A DNA stretch of 63,594 bases, filler included, from Reclinomonas americana ATCC 50394 (lineage: Eukaryota): NCBI GenBank assembly GCA_048213135.1. It is 12 parts of 6 records of this genome, joined end to end, with 100 filler letters (N's around TTAATTAATTAA, not from the genome) between each part and the next. Parts side by side here need not be neighbours in the genome. Positions count along the whole stretch, not along the records: positions 23,876 to 27,616 come from PS015577.1; positions 27,717 to 36,266 come from PS015578.1; positions 36,367 to 37,947 come from PS015578.1; positions 38,048 to 40,690 come from PS015578.1; 8 more parts are not named here. One strand, written 5' to 3'. Made by a program: the position numbers and the translations under genes. How positions within the stretch are numbered: the first letter of the stretch is position 1; each line of letters starts with the position of its first letter. Shown one piece after another: positions 25,555 through 38,399 of the stretch. The notes beneath the pieces were generated by a model. The model saw only the letters and a program-made list of their open reading frames with translations. It searched no databases and had not been told where the DNA came from.

Positions 25555-26960
25555 CGGTGAAGATCGCAGATCTCGACTTGTTCGAATCCGGAGCTCAAAG
25601 GGAGAATGCACACAAGGAACCTGCCGCTGCCTCAAGACAGGTGCGTGTGTTCATGTTTTGGATAAGGCCTCACTTGGCCATCAAGACAGCAGTTGCTTGC
25701 TTGTTGGTGAATGAACTGTTGTTGTTTGTTGTTGTCGTTTAATTCGGAGATCGCAGTTCTCCTTTGTTCGATGCTCCGAGAACGAGCACACACACAAGAA
25801 ACCTGCTGCTGCCCTCAAGACAGGTGTTTATGTTGATGGTTGGACTTGATCTTCACAAGAAAGCTGTTGCCTGTTTGTTGGTGAACGAACTGTTGCAGTG
25901 TCAGTGCGACAAAACGACCTGTTTGTTCGGACTCTCCTGTGTTCACTTCACTCGCTGCGACCCACAGCTGTGGCACACACGCGGTGTCAAGTACACGTAG
26001 GAGCGGCAAGATATCCTGTGCACGGAGATCCTCGCATTGGAGATGCCGCAGTTATTCCGTGACGATTACCAAATCGCAGTGCTTTGTTGAGAGAGTGCAC
26101 CACTCACCGCCACAAGAAACAATGGTGAAGGAGATTGAGAACGATGCCGAGTTTTACGATGCGGTGAAGAGCATCCGCCTCACTGTCGTTGCGTGGGGGA
26201 GGGTGTGCTTCTAGGTGAAGAGTTGTCGCTGACTCTTGTGTTCGACAGGTGTATTTTTTTGCCACCGTTGCGCACTCCACACCACAGCTGTCGCAGTTCC
26301 CTGCCTCTTACCCTACATGTGCCTCGACAGTGGTGCGGGCCATGCCGCAACATTGGACCGAAGGTGCTGCAGATGTCGGAGGAGGCGGCGTTCGAGGGCG
26401 TGACATTCATCAAGGTCGACACGGACAAGTTTGAGAATCTCAGCAGTGATCTGAAGGTCGACGCGATGCCGGTGAGTGCAGAGGGGGGCAAAGGGGGTGA
26501 AGGACGTGGTGCTGACGAGTGAATGTGTGTGATTGTGTGCGCAGACGTTCTTGTTGCGTGCGAGAGGGAGAGAGGGTGGAAAGGTGATATTGGCTGATTT
26601 GGGGGGTGAGTGCACAGGATGTACAAGAACGGGGAGCAGGTGGCCTCGATGCGGGGATCGAACTATGAGGCGCTGCGGTCGTTGGTGTTGCAGCACAAGT
26701 GATAAGAGGGGAAGGGAGAGGGGAGATGGAGAGAGAAGGGGGACAAGGAGAAGTTGGAGAACAGGAGAGAAAGGAAGACGAGTGAAAGAGAACGCGTCCA
26801 CAACAACGACAATTCAAGCAACAGCTGTCTTGATGACCATGGTCAACCATATCCAAAACATCAACACAGACGCCAATCTTGAGGCAGAAGCAGGTTCCTT
26901 GTGTGTGTGTGTGTTCGCTCTCGGAGCTCCGAACAAGTCGAGAACTGCGATCTTCACCGC
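25555..26960. repeat. Dispersed ~150-bp element: copies at 25555-25710 and 25745-25895 (+), 26815-26960 (inverted); fragments at 11809-11890 and about 30875-30920
   Basis: Shared sequence gcggtgaagatcgcag.tctcgacttgttcg...cacaaggaacctgc.gctgcctcaaga...gttttggata...catcaagacagc.gttgc. Confidence 0.7.
26122..26702 (+). CDS. TRX: Canonical thioredoxin (WCGPC), 5 exons including 18-nt and 8-nt micro-exons (Trx-4)
   Basis: Exons 26122-26187, 26249-26266 (VYFFAT), 26331-26471 (WCGPCR..FIKVDTD..VDAMP), 26545-26552 and 26618-26702 splice to ...MPTFLMYKNGEQV...*. Confidence 0.9.
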
Positions 26961-27430
26961 ATAAGCGTGGTTGACCAGTGGATTTGACGCACTAGCATGG
27001 ACTCGTAGCGTTTTCTGCGATTGTACACGGTACATCAAATTCGGGGAAAGGACAGAGCCAGGCATACGAAGCAAAGCCGGGTAGCAACAAAAGCAGTGGA
27101 AGCTGTGCTTTTGCGAAGTTCTCTGTTGGCCAGGTTTCCCTGTTTTCGCCTACGCTTTGGGGAGCCCACAATAATTGGTGATCATTATGCAGCTGTGTTT
27201 CTGGCATCACCAGTGGTCGCTATGGAGTCCCGATATGACGCGACGTCGCGGTATTCCGATATTACCACGAAGTTCTGCAACGCCGTGTGCATACGCAGGT
27301 CTCCTGCAGCCGTCAGTGTCCTATGGTTACATACGCTCGTTTCCAACATGACTGCCCACTGCTGGAAACAATAAACTCAGCACTTCGCGTCCTGCATTTC
27401 ATTCTTGCATTTTTGTCGAGACAGAAAGCC

Positions 27431-27562
27431 ATGGCCAGTTGCGTCTCTTCTCGTATTACTGTGGTGTCTGTCTGTGCCTGCATCTCTCACTTCCTCTCCT
27501 TCTCTCTGCTCTTCTCATCTCTATGCTTTATTCAGTTGTCTCGCGCAATCTCTGCATCTCTC

Positions 27563-27615
<53 letters not shown>

Positions 27616-27782
27616 GNNNNNNNNNNNNNNNNNNNNNNNNNNNNNNNNNNNNNNNNNNNNTTAATTAATTAANNNNNNNNNNNNNNNNNNNNNNNNNNNN
27701 NNNNNNNNNNNNNNNNTCTCTCTCTCTTCTTCTACTCTCTACTTACGTCTTTACTTTACTTACGTTACGTTCGTCGTCGCGA

Positions 27783-27876
<94 letters not shown>

Positions 27877-30800
27877 TCACCCTGTCTCTGATCATCTCTC
27901 TTCCATTGTGCTCACTCGGTGCATCACGCTGCCTCTCATTCAGCTTCTCTCTCTTTCAATACAGTCACTCTGCATCATGACATCGACCCCCACTGCAGTC
28001 AATGTGTCTGTCTTGTTACTCTCCTCTCTCTGTCTTTCTCTCATTCGCACATGCTGCAGAGACAGAGAGAGAGAGAGAGAGTGAGTGTGAGAGCGAGAGC
28101 GAGAGCGAGACAGCATATGAGAGAGACACAGAGAGACAGCACCAGAGCGAGACTGAGATACAAGGTGGGATGCACAGAGAGGCAGATATAGCAGACTGGG
28201 GGTCGTTGTGATAATACCTATACACACCCCCAGTTACTCACACGGTCATGCACACAGTCACTACTTGTGTGACACCTGCTGTTGCACATCTCGTCCTTTT
28301 TGTCGCACTCATTTGCTTTCTCTCTTTCTCTCTGTGTGTCTCTCTCTCTCTCCCCTCACCCCTCCCCTCCTCTCCCCCTCACCCTCACCCTTCTCCCTTT
28401 CTCCCTTTCTCCCTTTCCCCCTTTCTCCCTTCCCCCATTACCCCTTTCCCCTTCCAGATCCCTTCCGCCTCGCCATCCTCGCCCACGCCACCCCCTACGA
28501 GAGCGCCCACAACTCCGGCCTCTCCCCCTCCACCTACCCACTCCTGCAGGCGCTGCGCGACCGCGGCGAGCACCTCTACCACGTCGACGTGGTCGTGTGG
28601 GACAGTGCGCCGGCCAGCGAGCAAGCCGCCCACCTCGCCACCTACGATCTGGTGCTGGTGCGAGAGACGTGGGACTATCACGAGAAGCCGCGCGCTTGGC
28701 GCGAGTTCCTCGCCGCCTTGGCCAGCAGTGGCGCGCGCGTGGCGAACGCCGTGCGCATCCTGCAGTGGAACACCGACAAGGTGGCGTACTTGAGCGACTT
28801 GCAGCGGCAGGGGGTGCCGGTGGTGCACACGGTGGCGGTGCGACGCGGGGCCGCGGAGGGGGAAGGAGGCGGTGATTGGCGGCCGGTGCCATCGGTGGAG
28901 GAGGTGATGGGGTCGTTTGCGGCGCTGGAGTGGCCGCTGGTGGTGAAGCCGGCCATGTCCGCCAATGGGTACATGACGACGCGGGTGTATGGGAGGGAGG
29001 AGTTGGAGGCGGCGGTGCGGGAGGTGTTGGCGACGGCGGAGGATGCGGTGGTGATGGTGCAGCCGTTTATGAGGGGCGTTTTTGGAGGAGGGGGAGGTGT
29101 CGACGGTGAGGGGGAAGAAGGGAAAGAGAAGGGGGAGATGAAGGGAAGAGGAGGGAGAGGGAAAGGAGAATGAGGAAGCGAGACTGGGAGGGAGGGAGAG
29201 AGAAAGAATGAAATACAAGAAAGAGAAGAAACAAGAGAAAGAAAGAAGAAAGAGAAAGGACAAAAGAGAACAATGAAGAGATACAGAAAGCAACGGAGAG
29301 ACAGAGAGAGAGAGAGAGAGAGGCGGAGAGACAGAGAAATAGATGAGAGAACCATGAGATCGCTTTTGACAAGCAATCATTTGAGTGATTGTGAGCTAGT
29401 CGAGTTGCAGCGAGCTTGTGTGCTGGAGCAGACAGAGAGACTCTGTAGTGGAAGACAGGGCCGAAATTGGTGGGAGGAGAAGATCGAGAGAGAGAGGGCG
29501 ACTCAGTGGGAAGTGCAGCCTGGCAAACAGCGAAAGAGGGACTGGGAGTGGAGCAGGCATTAATCAACAGACTGCACGATTCAGAAGAGAAGAGAAAAGG
29601 GGAATTATCGCAGCCTTGTTGATAGAGCGAGTTGTGTAATGAGACGTTTCTACGGACTTGTTTGCTGTGTTGTCAAGACTCCCTCCGACTTCGCGTCCGA
29701 CTGGTAGATTACTTTTCTCACTCCCCATTCCGCCCGCGCTCTCGCACTCTCTTTCTCTTTGCACGCTCTCTTTATCTCTCTCGCACATACGCACACACAC
29801 TCACCCACTAAGTAAGTCCCTCCTCGTCACTCTTTCTCCATCATTCTCTGCCCATTTTTCTTCCTCTTCGTCCTCCTCGTTCTCATCCTTCATTCTATCT
29901 GTTTCTTCTACTTCCTCCTCGTCGTGTTATTGTTGTTGTTTTTGTTGTTCTTGCTGTTGTTGTCGTTGTTGTCGTTGTTGTTGTTGTCGTTGTTGTTGTT
30001 GGTGTTGGTGTTGTTGTCGTTGTTCTTCATATTCTTCTTCTTCCTCTCCTCCTCCTCCTTCTTCTCCTCCTCCTTCTTCTTCTCCTCCTCCTCCTTCTCC
30101 TCCTGTTCATCTTCTTCTTCTTGTCTTCTTTTTCGTTTTCTTCTTCGTCTTCTCCATCTTCCTCCTTTTGCTTTCTTTCTTTTCCTTCTTCTTGTTCCTC
30201 TTCTTCTTCTTTCTTTCTTTCTTTCTTACTTCTTCTTCTTCTTCTTCTTGCTTCTCTTCTCCTTCTCAGAGAAGACGTTCTTTCTCTTTCTTATCATGAC
30301 TGTGAAGAGGCTTGCTTTTCAGCTCATCTCTCCTCCGTTCGTGAAAGAAAAGAAAATCATTCCCTCTCTTTCTTCTTCTCCTTCTCCTCCTCCTCCTCCT
30401 CCTCCTCCTCCTCCTCCTCCTCCTCTTTCTCCTTCTCACTCTTTCCCTTTCCCACCAGATCTTCATCGGCCACCAACACGCCGGCAGCGTGATCAAACGC
30501 CCCGCTTCCGGCGAATTCCGCGTGCAGGAGCAATACAAGGGCACGACGCTGGCGCACGAGACCACACCGGAGCAGCTGGCCAGCGCCGAGCGCGTGCTGA
30601 GGGCCGCCGAGGAGGTTCTCGGTGTTGACGAGAATGGCGACGACTGCTTCTTTTGGTACGCGCGAGTCGACAGTGTGATGGTGGATGGCGTGTTGACGCT
30701 GATGGAGCTGGAGGTAATTGAGCCGTCGCTGTATGGCGAGAGAATTCCGCAGGCCACTGTGATGATGTGTGAGTTGATTGAGAGGATGTTGATTGAGTGA
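27431..30800 (+). CDS. ATP-grasp ligase, RimK/DcsG-like bacterial-type subfamily
   Basis: VVWD..YDLVLVRETWDYHEK..VANAVRILQWNTDKVAYL..VVKPAMSANG..VMVQPFM (28458 to about 29106) and KRPASGEFRVQEQY..YARVD..LMELEVIEPSLY (30459-30800); probable 7-nt first exon ATGGCCA at 27431-27437. The internal junction is not fully resolved. Confidence 0.8.
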
Positions 30801-31257
30801 ATATGGAGAAGGGATTTTTGGCAAGGATTCGAAGGTGGACCGCAGTGTGAATCAAAAAAGCGCATTCACCAATGACAAGCAACAGCTGTCTTGATGACCA
30901 AGTCCAACAATGTTGAAAACACTATGTTTTATTGGATCCACGCCCACTTTGCGTTTGGGCAGCACGGAAGACATCGGCGCAAGATGAACTATGAATGAAA
31001 GAAGGGTCCGCAGATGGAGCAACGCGAACTGCAATTCAAAGACACCAGTCTTGGTTTCATGAACACGAAATATTCAGGGTGTGGAAGGCTGCTGTGGAAT
31101 GCACAATTCACCGTTGCTTATACGATCTGTCGCCCGTGCCGACAACAAGACATTCCATGATCGCAGACAAAGCTCAGCTTCGGCAAAATTCAGAAGCAAA
31201 TCAAGCATGTTGTGGGCACACGCGCAACACGTTTGCTTTATCTCACACGCATTCATC

Positions 31258-34025
31258 TCACAGTTCCATTGTGAACTGCCCACCTGCATCGCGCAGTGTA
31301 CGCATCACATCGAGCACCTCTTGCGAGGTTGGCCGATCGCGTCGCACACTCATGCATCGCATACCGAGCTCGAACATCGGTTCGGCGATGCGCGGTGTCC
31401 ATTCCACGCGAGCGTCCACCAACTCCATCACATGCAGCGAGGCAGGCGAGTCGTCCCACTCCACAGACCAGTCGACGACTGTGGCAACGGGCTTGCCGGT
31501 GACCAGCTGCACTAGCACAATGCCCATGCTGTACACGTCGTGCTTGGGTTGCGGTCGACGCACACGCATCGCCAGTGGGTCCATGTAGTCCAGGGTGCCG
31601 GCAGCGCTTGTCGTCTGTGAAACAAGAGAGGAAGTGAGAGAGCACAGAGAAGGAGAAAGAGAAAGTACCAAACAAACCTTGCCATCTGCAATCGACCGCG
31701 CGATGCCAAAGTCACCGAGACATGGCTCCAGCCGGTGATCGAGAAGCACATTGGAGGGCTTGATGTCGCGGTGCACCACCTCATTCTGCGAGGAGAGGTG
31801 AGTGAGACGGGGAACAAAGCATAAACACAACAGCGAAAACAATAGAAAGTGAGAGAGACTTGGAGAGACACGAACAGCACGAGAGCGACAAGGAGACAGG
31901 AGAGAAAAGGGCAAGAACATAGAGCAATGGCTATTCAGAGAGAGAATACGTGAAAGTGGGAGAGACAAGAACAGCGAAGAGAGACGAGGAGAGAGAGAGA
32001 GAAAGAGAGAGCAGAACAGAGAGCTCGGGTGACGAAGAGGGTGAATGGGAGATGGAGGATGGTTTCCACATCGCACAAACCTTGTGCAAGAACACCACTG
32101 CCTCGGCCAGTCCGAGACCAATCTGCACACGCTGCACGACCGTGAGTGGTGCACGGCCGGCGCGTGGCAGCAGCAACAGATCCTCCAGGTTGGGAACTCT
32201 GTGTGCTTTTACAGTGAGGAGATGAATGGAGAAAGGGAAACAGAAACGCACTGCAGGGCCCTGTACACGAGACAGCGCTCCTTGTCGTCGCCCACCGAGT
32301 AGCCGACAAGAGGCACAATGTGACGATCGCGCAGGCGTCCGAGGGTGGCCACCTGTGGATGTGGAGAAGAATGAGGAGAAAGAGAGAGAAGAAACAAGGG
32401 AGGGAGGGAGACAGACCTCACTCTCAAACGACTCCATCGTCCACGGAGCGTCGGGGTCGAGCACCTTGATGGCCACGTGCATCTCGCGAAGCAAAGTGAT
32501 GAAGACGGCACCCTGACCGCCCTCGCCGACTTTGAGGCGCGGGGAGAATGAATTGGTGGCTTGCACGATCTCGGGCCAGTCGAAGCGTTGCACGGCAGTG
32601 TCGACTGTGGCAAGGGTGATGGGGAAGTGAGAGATGGGTGAGAATGGAGGACATAAAACACTGACATCAAGAAAGAAAGAGGGCAAACAACAGACCTTGG
32701 GTGAGGAGGAGATCCTGTCGCAGCTGAGAGATGAGTTGATTGCTTTCTTGCAACTGCGTGGTGAGGTCATCCTTGTCAAGCAGAGCGGCAGTCAGCTGAT
32801 CCTGCAGCTGGTCATGAGCTTGCTGCAGTTGGCCATCAGCGTGCTGCCATTCAGAGTTGGCTTGTTGCAATTGGGCGACCTTGTGCTGCTCCTCAACCTT
32901 GGCTCGCTCAAGCTCTGTCACTGCACGCTGCAACTGGGCATTTTTCTGTTGCTCCTCAGCCTTGCCTCCTTCGAGCTCTGCGTTGGCTTGCTGCAGCCGA
33001 GTAATGATGTCTTCATGCTCTCGCCGCTGTCGATCCCACTCTCGCTGCTGCTGCTCTCGCTCCTGCTGCGCTGCGGCAAAATCGCGCTGGAGTTGTGCAA
33101 GGAGTGCGACGTTGTCGGCGAGCTGGCGTGCGACGGTGGGATCATCAACAGCCGACTGCAATTTACAAGAGTGCGAGGGAGACACGGAACGGATGTGAGA
33201 ACTGTGTTTCATGAGCAACAAGAAGCAGACAGTGGCACTCTCCGTTTCACCTGGCGTGCTGGCACTGTATATTCGCCAGGAACGACACAGAAGGGCAAAC
33301 ACAGGCGTGGAGCGTGAGCACGAACACAACTTGCCAACAGACACAATAGAGGTCATACCTGCAGGAGGCGGGGATCGCGGCCGCTGTTGTTGTTGTTGGC
33401 GTGGTGGTGCTGGTTGCGCAGCGAGGCGATCGAGCAACTCGGCCACTTGCTGCTTGCCACTGTCGCGTGCCCTATCAGCCGCCGACTGGCCCTCCTTGTT
33501 GACCATGGGAATAAGATCGGGGAAGCGAGAGGCGAGGAGTCGCACAATGGATTCGTGGCCACTGCTGGCAGCATAATGCAGTGCAGTTGACTGGCTGTCT
33601 TTGGTGACCGCCCGCACCATCTCCGGCGGACATCGTCGCTCATCGGCAAGCAACCACTCCACCACTCGCAGATGCTCATTGCAGGCAGCCGATATTAGCG
33701 GCGTCCAGCCACCGTCGTCTACCAGTTGTGCGAGTTGCGGACCGACGCCACTCTCCTCCCACAAATACTCCAACACAGAGAGATGGCCTCTCCGAGAGGC
33801 CCAGTAAAATGCCGAGCAGCCATGCTCATTCATCTCCTCTCTCTTCAGCAGAGTGCGTGCGCCCTCACGCGCCACCAACTCGCGCAGTGCCTCCACATAG
33901 CCTTCCCTCCCCATCTGCCATGCTTTCTTCCGAGGAGCACTGCCACCAAAGAGGCAAAAGCAGAAGCGCGAGTGAGAGTGTGAGAGAGAATGCCACCTGA
34001 CAACAACAATCACAACGCACCTCAT
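31258..34025 (-). CDS. Ankyrin repeats + coiled coil + Pelle/IRAK/RLK-type kinase (copy A)
   Basis: 5-nt first exon ATGAG; ANK motifs (SAFYWA, TPLISAA, TALHYAA); 14-nt micro-exon; coiled coil; FDWPEIVQATNSFSPRLKVGEGGQG, VAIK, HRDIKPSN, DFG, GTLDYMDP, DVYSMG, DRPT. Confidence 0.9.
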
Positions 34026-34411
34026 TTTCTTTGATCCCGAGACTGAGGGGAGTCAACAGCAACTCGCTTTCTCTCTCTCCGCGCCTGACACACCCTGCGC
34101 CCTCCGTCTTCGCCTGGACTGCCTTTCTCCGCGTGTCCTGTTTCATGCTGGACGGCAATGGATCGACGTGCGATGACTCGAGAGTGACTTCTGTGGAGTG
34201 CAGAACGGCTTCATCACATGGCACTCCTTGTCGCTAACTTGGGTGGCTGGTGACAGCTTCAGTTCGGCAGCACGACGTTGCAGTCCATCACGATCTGCGG
34301 GTCAAAGCATCCCACCGCTGAAACACTTGGCCACGGCCTTCCTCCCGCGGCTATCTTGACTCATTATTACTTACATTCATCTCAAAGCTTCTCCACCACG
34401 TCGGACTTGGA

Positions 34412-35511
34412 TCAATCCTCTTCACGCAGATGCGCGGTGTGATAGTCCTTGTCACGCACGGCAGCAGTCAGTTGACTCTGCAGTTGACCATGAGCTCGCT
34501 GCCACTCCGCATTGCCTTGCTGCAGTTGAGCTACAATATCTTCGTACTCCCGTCGCTGCCGATCCCACTCTCGCTGCTGCTCCACTCGCTCGTGCTGCGC
34601 TGCGGCGAGATCGCGCTGGAGTTGAGCAAGGAGTGTGTCCTTGTCGGCCAGCTGGCGTTGCAATGTGGCGAGATCGTCGTCAGCCGCCTGCAAGAAGCCA
34701 GATGTGACACAAGAGTTCGAGGGTGAAATGGAACACAAGGACGATCAACAGACGCATAGGTTGACACTCACTTTCTCACCTGGCCCACTGCCGCTGCGTG
34801 TTTCGCAGGATGACGAAAGAGAGTGTGAGCACGAGCGGCATGAAATCACAAAACTTGACAACACCACCACACCTGCTGACAGAGGAGACTGCACAGCGAG
34901 TCGGTCGAGCAACTCGGCCGCTGCCGGATTGCCGCGGTCGCGAGCCACCTGAGCCGCCGTCATGCCCTCCTTGTCGACCATGGGAACGAGTTCGGGGAAG
35001 CGAGTGGCGAGGAGTTGCACGATGGCTTCGCGGCCTCGATAGGCAGCATAATGCAGTGCAGTGAAATGCGGATAGAAGTCACGGTCATAGGAGACCGCCC
35101 GCACCATCTCCATCGGACATCGTCGCTCATCGGCAAGCAACCACTCCACCACTTTCAAATGCCCATAGTAGGCAGCCGACATCAGTGGCGTCGAGCCCCA
35201 ATCGCTGACCATTTGTGCGAGTTCCGGACCGACACCACTCTCCTCCCACAAATAATCCAACACAGAGAGATGGCCTCTGGCAGCGCCATTGTGAAATGCC
35301 GACCAGCCAGCACTTCCCATCTCCTCTCTTTTCAGCAGAGTGCGTGCGCCCTCACGTGCCACCAACTCGCGCAGAGCCTGCACATCGCCATCATAAGCCA
35401 TCTGCCATGCTTTCTTCCGAGGAGCACTGCCACCCAAAGAGGCAAAAGCAGAAGCGCGAGTGAGAGTGTGAGAGAGAGAATGCAACCTGACAACATCATA
35501 GCACACCTCAT
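34412..35511 (-). CDS. Ankyrin + short coiled coil, kinase-less paralog (copy B)
   Basis: Same first exon and intron, ANK exon and 14-nt micro-exon as copy A; the coiled-coil exon stops at HLREED*. Confidence 0.8.
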
Positions 35512-35949
35512 TTTCTTTTATCCCGAGGCAGAAGGGGAAACGATAGCAACTCTCTCTCTCTTTCTCTCTCTCTCTCTTTTCTTTCTCTCTCTCTCTCTCT
35601 CTGCCTCACACACACTGTTCGACCACTGTGTTGTGATTTTTCCGCGTGTCCTATTTCATTTGCGAACTGAGATTGCATTGGCGACGTTGTGCTGGCGCCA
35701 GGAGAGATCTGTTGAGTTGATCAGAAGGGTGTTGTGCACGCAGGTCAGCCCTTGCTCACTAATATTGGCTTGCGCCAGCTGCAAGTCGACAGCATGATCG
35801 ATCATGCTTCACGACGCATGTCGCGTCCACATTCCGAGGACGACGCTGACAGCAAGGCAGTGTATTCCTCGGTCACTGGATAAAGCTGATCCGCGCCAGC
35901 TCTATCGAACGACCTATTCCTCGCGTGACTGTCTCTGGCTCATTTCACT

Positions 35950-36130
35950 CTCATTCGTCATCGTAAACTGACCACACACCTCGCGCATCACATCGAGCAG
36001 CTCCTGCGACGTCTGGTTCACGCATCGCATTTCGAGCTCAAACATGGGTTCAGCGATGCGCGGTGTCTACTGTGCTCCACTATCCACCAGCACCATGGCA
36101 TTCAGCGAAGGAAGCGAGTCGTCCGACTTG
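35950..36130 (-). pseudogene. Decayed last-exon fragment of the Pelle-type kinase
   Basis: Remnants of PRIAEPMFEL..RC and ELLDVMR are recognisable despite indels. Confidence 0.7.
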
Positions 36131-36169
36131 CCAAGCAAGCGACCACCTCCACTCCATTTTTGCCGTCTC

Positions 36170-37947
36170 TCATAACGACGGTCCAGCCGCAGCCGCTTCA
36201 AGCCCTCCTACCACACCGGCCACCTCGCACAATCGCTTCAGCTCATTGTGCACATTTGTTGCCGACNNNNNNNNNNNNNNNNNNNNNNNNNNNNNNNNNN
36301 NNNNNNNNNNTTAATTAATTAANNNNNNNNNNNNNNNNNNNNNNNNNNNNNNNNNNNNNNNNNNNNAAGCCACGGTCTGCGAGTTGCCACCGAGTCGAAG
36401 AGTAGCGTGGAAGACGGTATTCTGGGCTGAAATATAAACATATTTCAGACGAGCCTAGACAACTGCAAGCAAGAGCAAAACCCTCACCATGGCCAATCTG
36501 TCTTGATGTTAGTTCAAGCTCCGAGAAAGGCACAGCAGGTGCGCGGATGGCGAATCGTGTTGCTCTCTCCGTCACCAATTCGGCCGTCACATTGATGCGA
36601 CACACATCTGTGCGCAAGGAGAATGAGATGAGAGAATGAAGACGTATCAAACGGCATGTGCAGTCGCAACTCTCGTATGCTTGAAATAGCAGACGAATGC
36701 TCTCATGTTGTCCGTCGGGGAACAGTGCGTGGAGCGAGTCACGAACCAGCCGCATGACGCTCACGTACTCGGCGTCCTCGAGTGTAGACAGACGGGCCAG
36801 GTGAGACACGCGGTGGCGCACATCCCTCAAGTTCTCCACGGCTCGAATCTTCGAAGGAAAGAATCCAGTGAGAATAAAATTTAAAGGAACGCATGAAGAT
36901 GTTTGCACACAGTGAAAGAAGAAAACACCTACAAGGTAAACGAAACGCATCATTTAGGTCTCCTATTTCCTTCCCTTCCTCTCCTTCTCCTTCTCTTGTT
37001 CTCCTCTAGATCTTAACGCTGCCCTCCTTTCACTCCTGCGTCTTCTTTGTCCTCCCCTCCACTCCCCCACACCTTCGCGGCCTCAGCAAGCGAGCGCACC
37101 GCCAGTCGATCCTCGTTTGTGACGGGATTCAGACGAACGCGACTCTCCAGCAGATCGTCGTCACGACAAGTGGCGACAGGAACAAAAGTAATGTACAAGA
37201 GCAGAGTGCTCAGCAGCGACACATCCATGCCCGTGGTCACTCCACTCCGCTTGAACTCGCGAATCGCTTCGCGATTGGAAGTGAACAATTCGACGGAGCG
37301 CATGCGAATGTTGCCGCGCTTGTCCAGAGTCATTCGGCAGTATCTGTCACGCAGAATGAGTGGAGATGACACAGAGTAGCTCGACAACATATCGAGCACC
37401 TCGGCGGTGGAGCTGGGAGGCAGAGTTGCTCAATGTCGAATTCGCCGGGGAAGAAGTCAGTGACGAGTTGTTGCAGGAGGGAGCCAAGTGCCAGTGGAAT
37501 GATCTCGTGCACGACTTCCGTGAGCATCAAGATTGGACGGCGGTCGCTGTGGCATTTGACAGAGAAGTGAGAAGGAAGGTCGTGCACACGAGGCAAAGAT
37601 GATGTCCAATAGGAACCTGAGAAAGTCCATGTGGAACAGGGCGCGCAGCTGGCCCTCCATCTCATCCACCCTCAGTCGCAGCTGGTCACGTTTGTCGGCG
37701 GCCGTGGCAAGCTGCTCACGAAGAGTATTCCTCTCGACAGTGGCAACGTTGGCGACACGCTCAGTGTCAGCGAGAGCTTGTTGGAGCTGATTGCAATTAA
37801 CCGTGAGCGACTCGACGGCAGCTTGGGTGGTGGCCAGTTCTTCAGTGCGCGAATGATACTCGGCAGAGATGCCCTTGACTGTGCCTCGAGATGCAGCAAA
37901 GTGCTCGGCGAGTCGGTCACGCTCCTTGGCGACTTCGGCTGTGGGCA
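36170..37947 (-). CDS. Coiled coil + DZIP3-type HEPN-like domain + TKL kinase (partial; gaps at the 5' end and inside the kinase)
   Basis: Coiled coil 37947 to about 37617; MDVSLLSTLLL and AVENLRDVRHRVSHLARLSTLEDAEY (Rx4H at 36818-36801); then VPFSELELTSRQIGH..TVFHATLRLGGNSQTVA (kinase start); C-terminus SATNVHNELKRL..* at 36266-36170 across a linker. Confidence 0.65.
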
Positions 37948-38399
37948 NNNNNNNNNNNNNNNNNNNNNNNNNNNNNNNNNNNNNNNNNNNNTTAATTAAT
38001 TAANNNNNNNNNNNNNNNNNNNNNNNNNNNNNNNNNNNNNNNNNNNNCCACCTCCTCCGACGACCACACCTGTGTGTATTACGTGGAGAGCACACACAAG
38101 TGAGCGAGAGATGCGTGACAGACACGTGTGAACAAAACACTTTGTTCCGTGCGCACCATGCGCCGCCTGTCTCTCATTCTCTTTGTGCGTGTGTGTGCGT
38201 GTGTGTGTTTGTGACGAGGATAGAAACGCAACACTTGATGTAATCCATCGCTCACTCACTGCCGACAAATTGTGGTGTGTACGTGCTACTTTGTCGTCGT
38301 GTTTCACAGAATGAGCCGACAGACAAAAAAAGACCGACGTCGACATGTCGACAGACAAGTACTTAAGTGTCGCAGCGGTGGATCGAGAGATCTACTGTA

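Noticed and set aside
26267..26330. Non-canonical TT-started introns (shifting GTTGCG donors by one base)
   Set aside because: The shift would destroy conserved residues (W of WCGPC, N of HRDLKPQN); the GT-AG register fits better
33400..33940. Diversity-generating retroelement as the source of ANK variability
   Set aside because: Differences between paralogs are not adenine-specific and include indels; no reverse transcriptase or template repeat is seen
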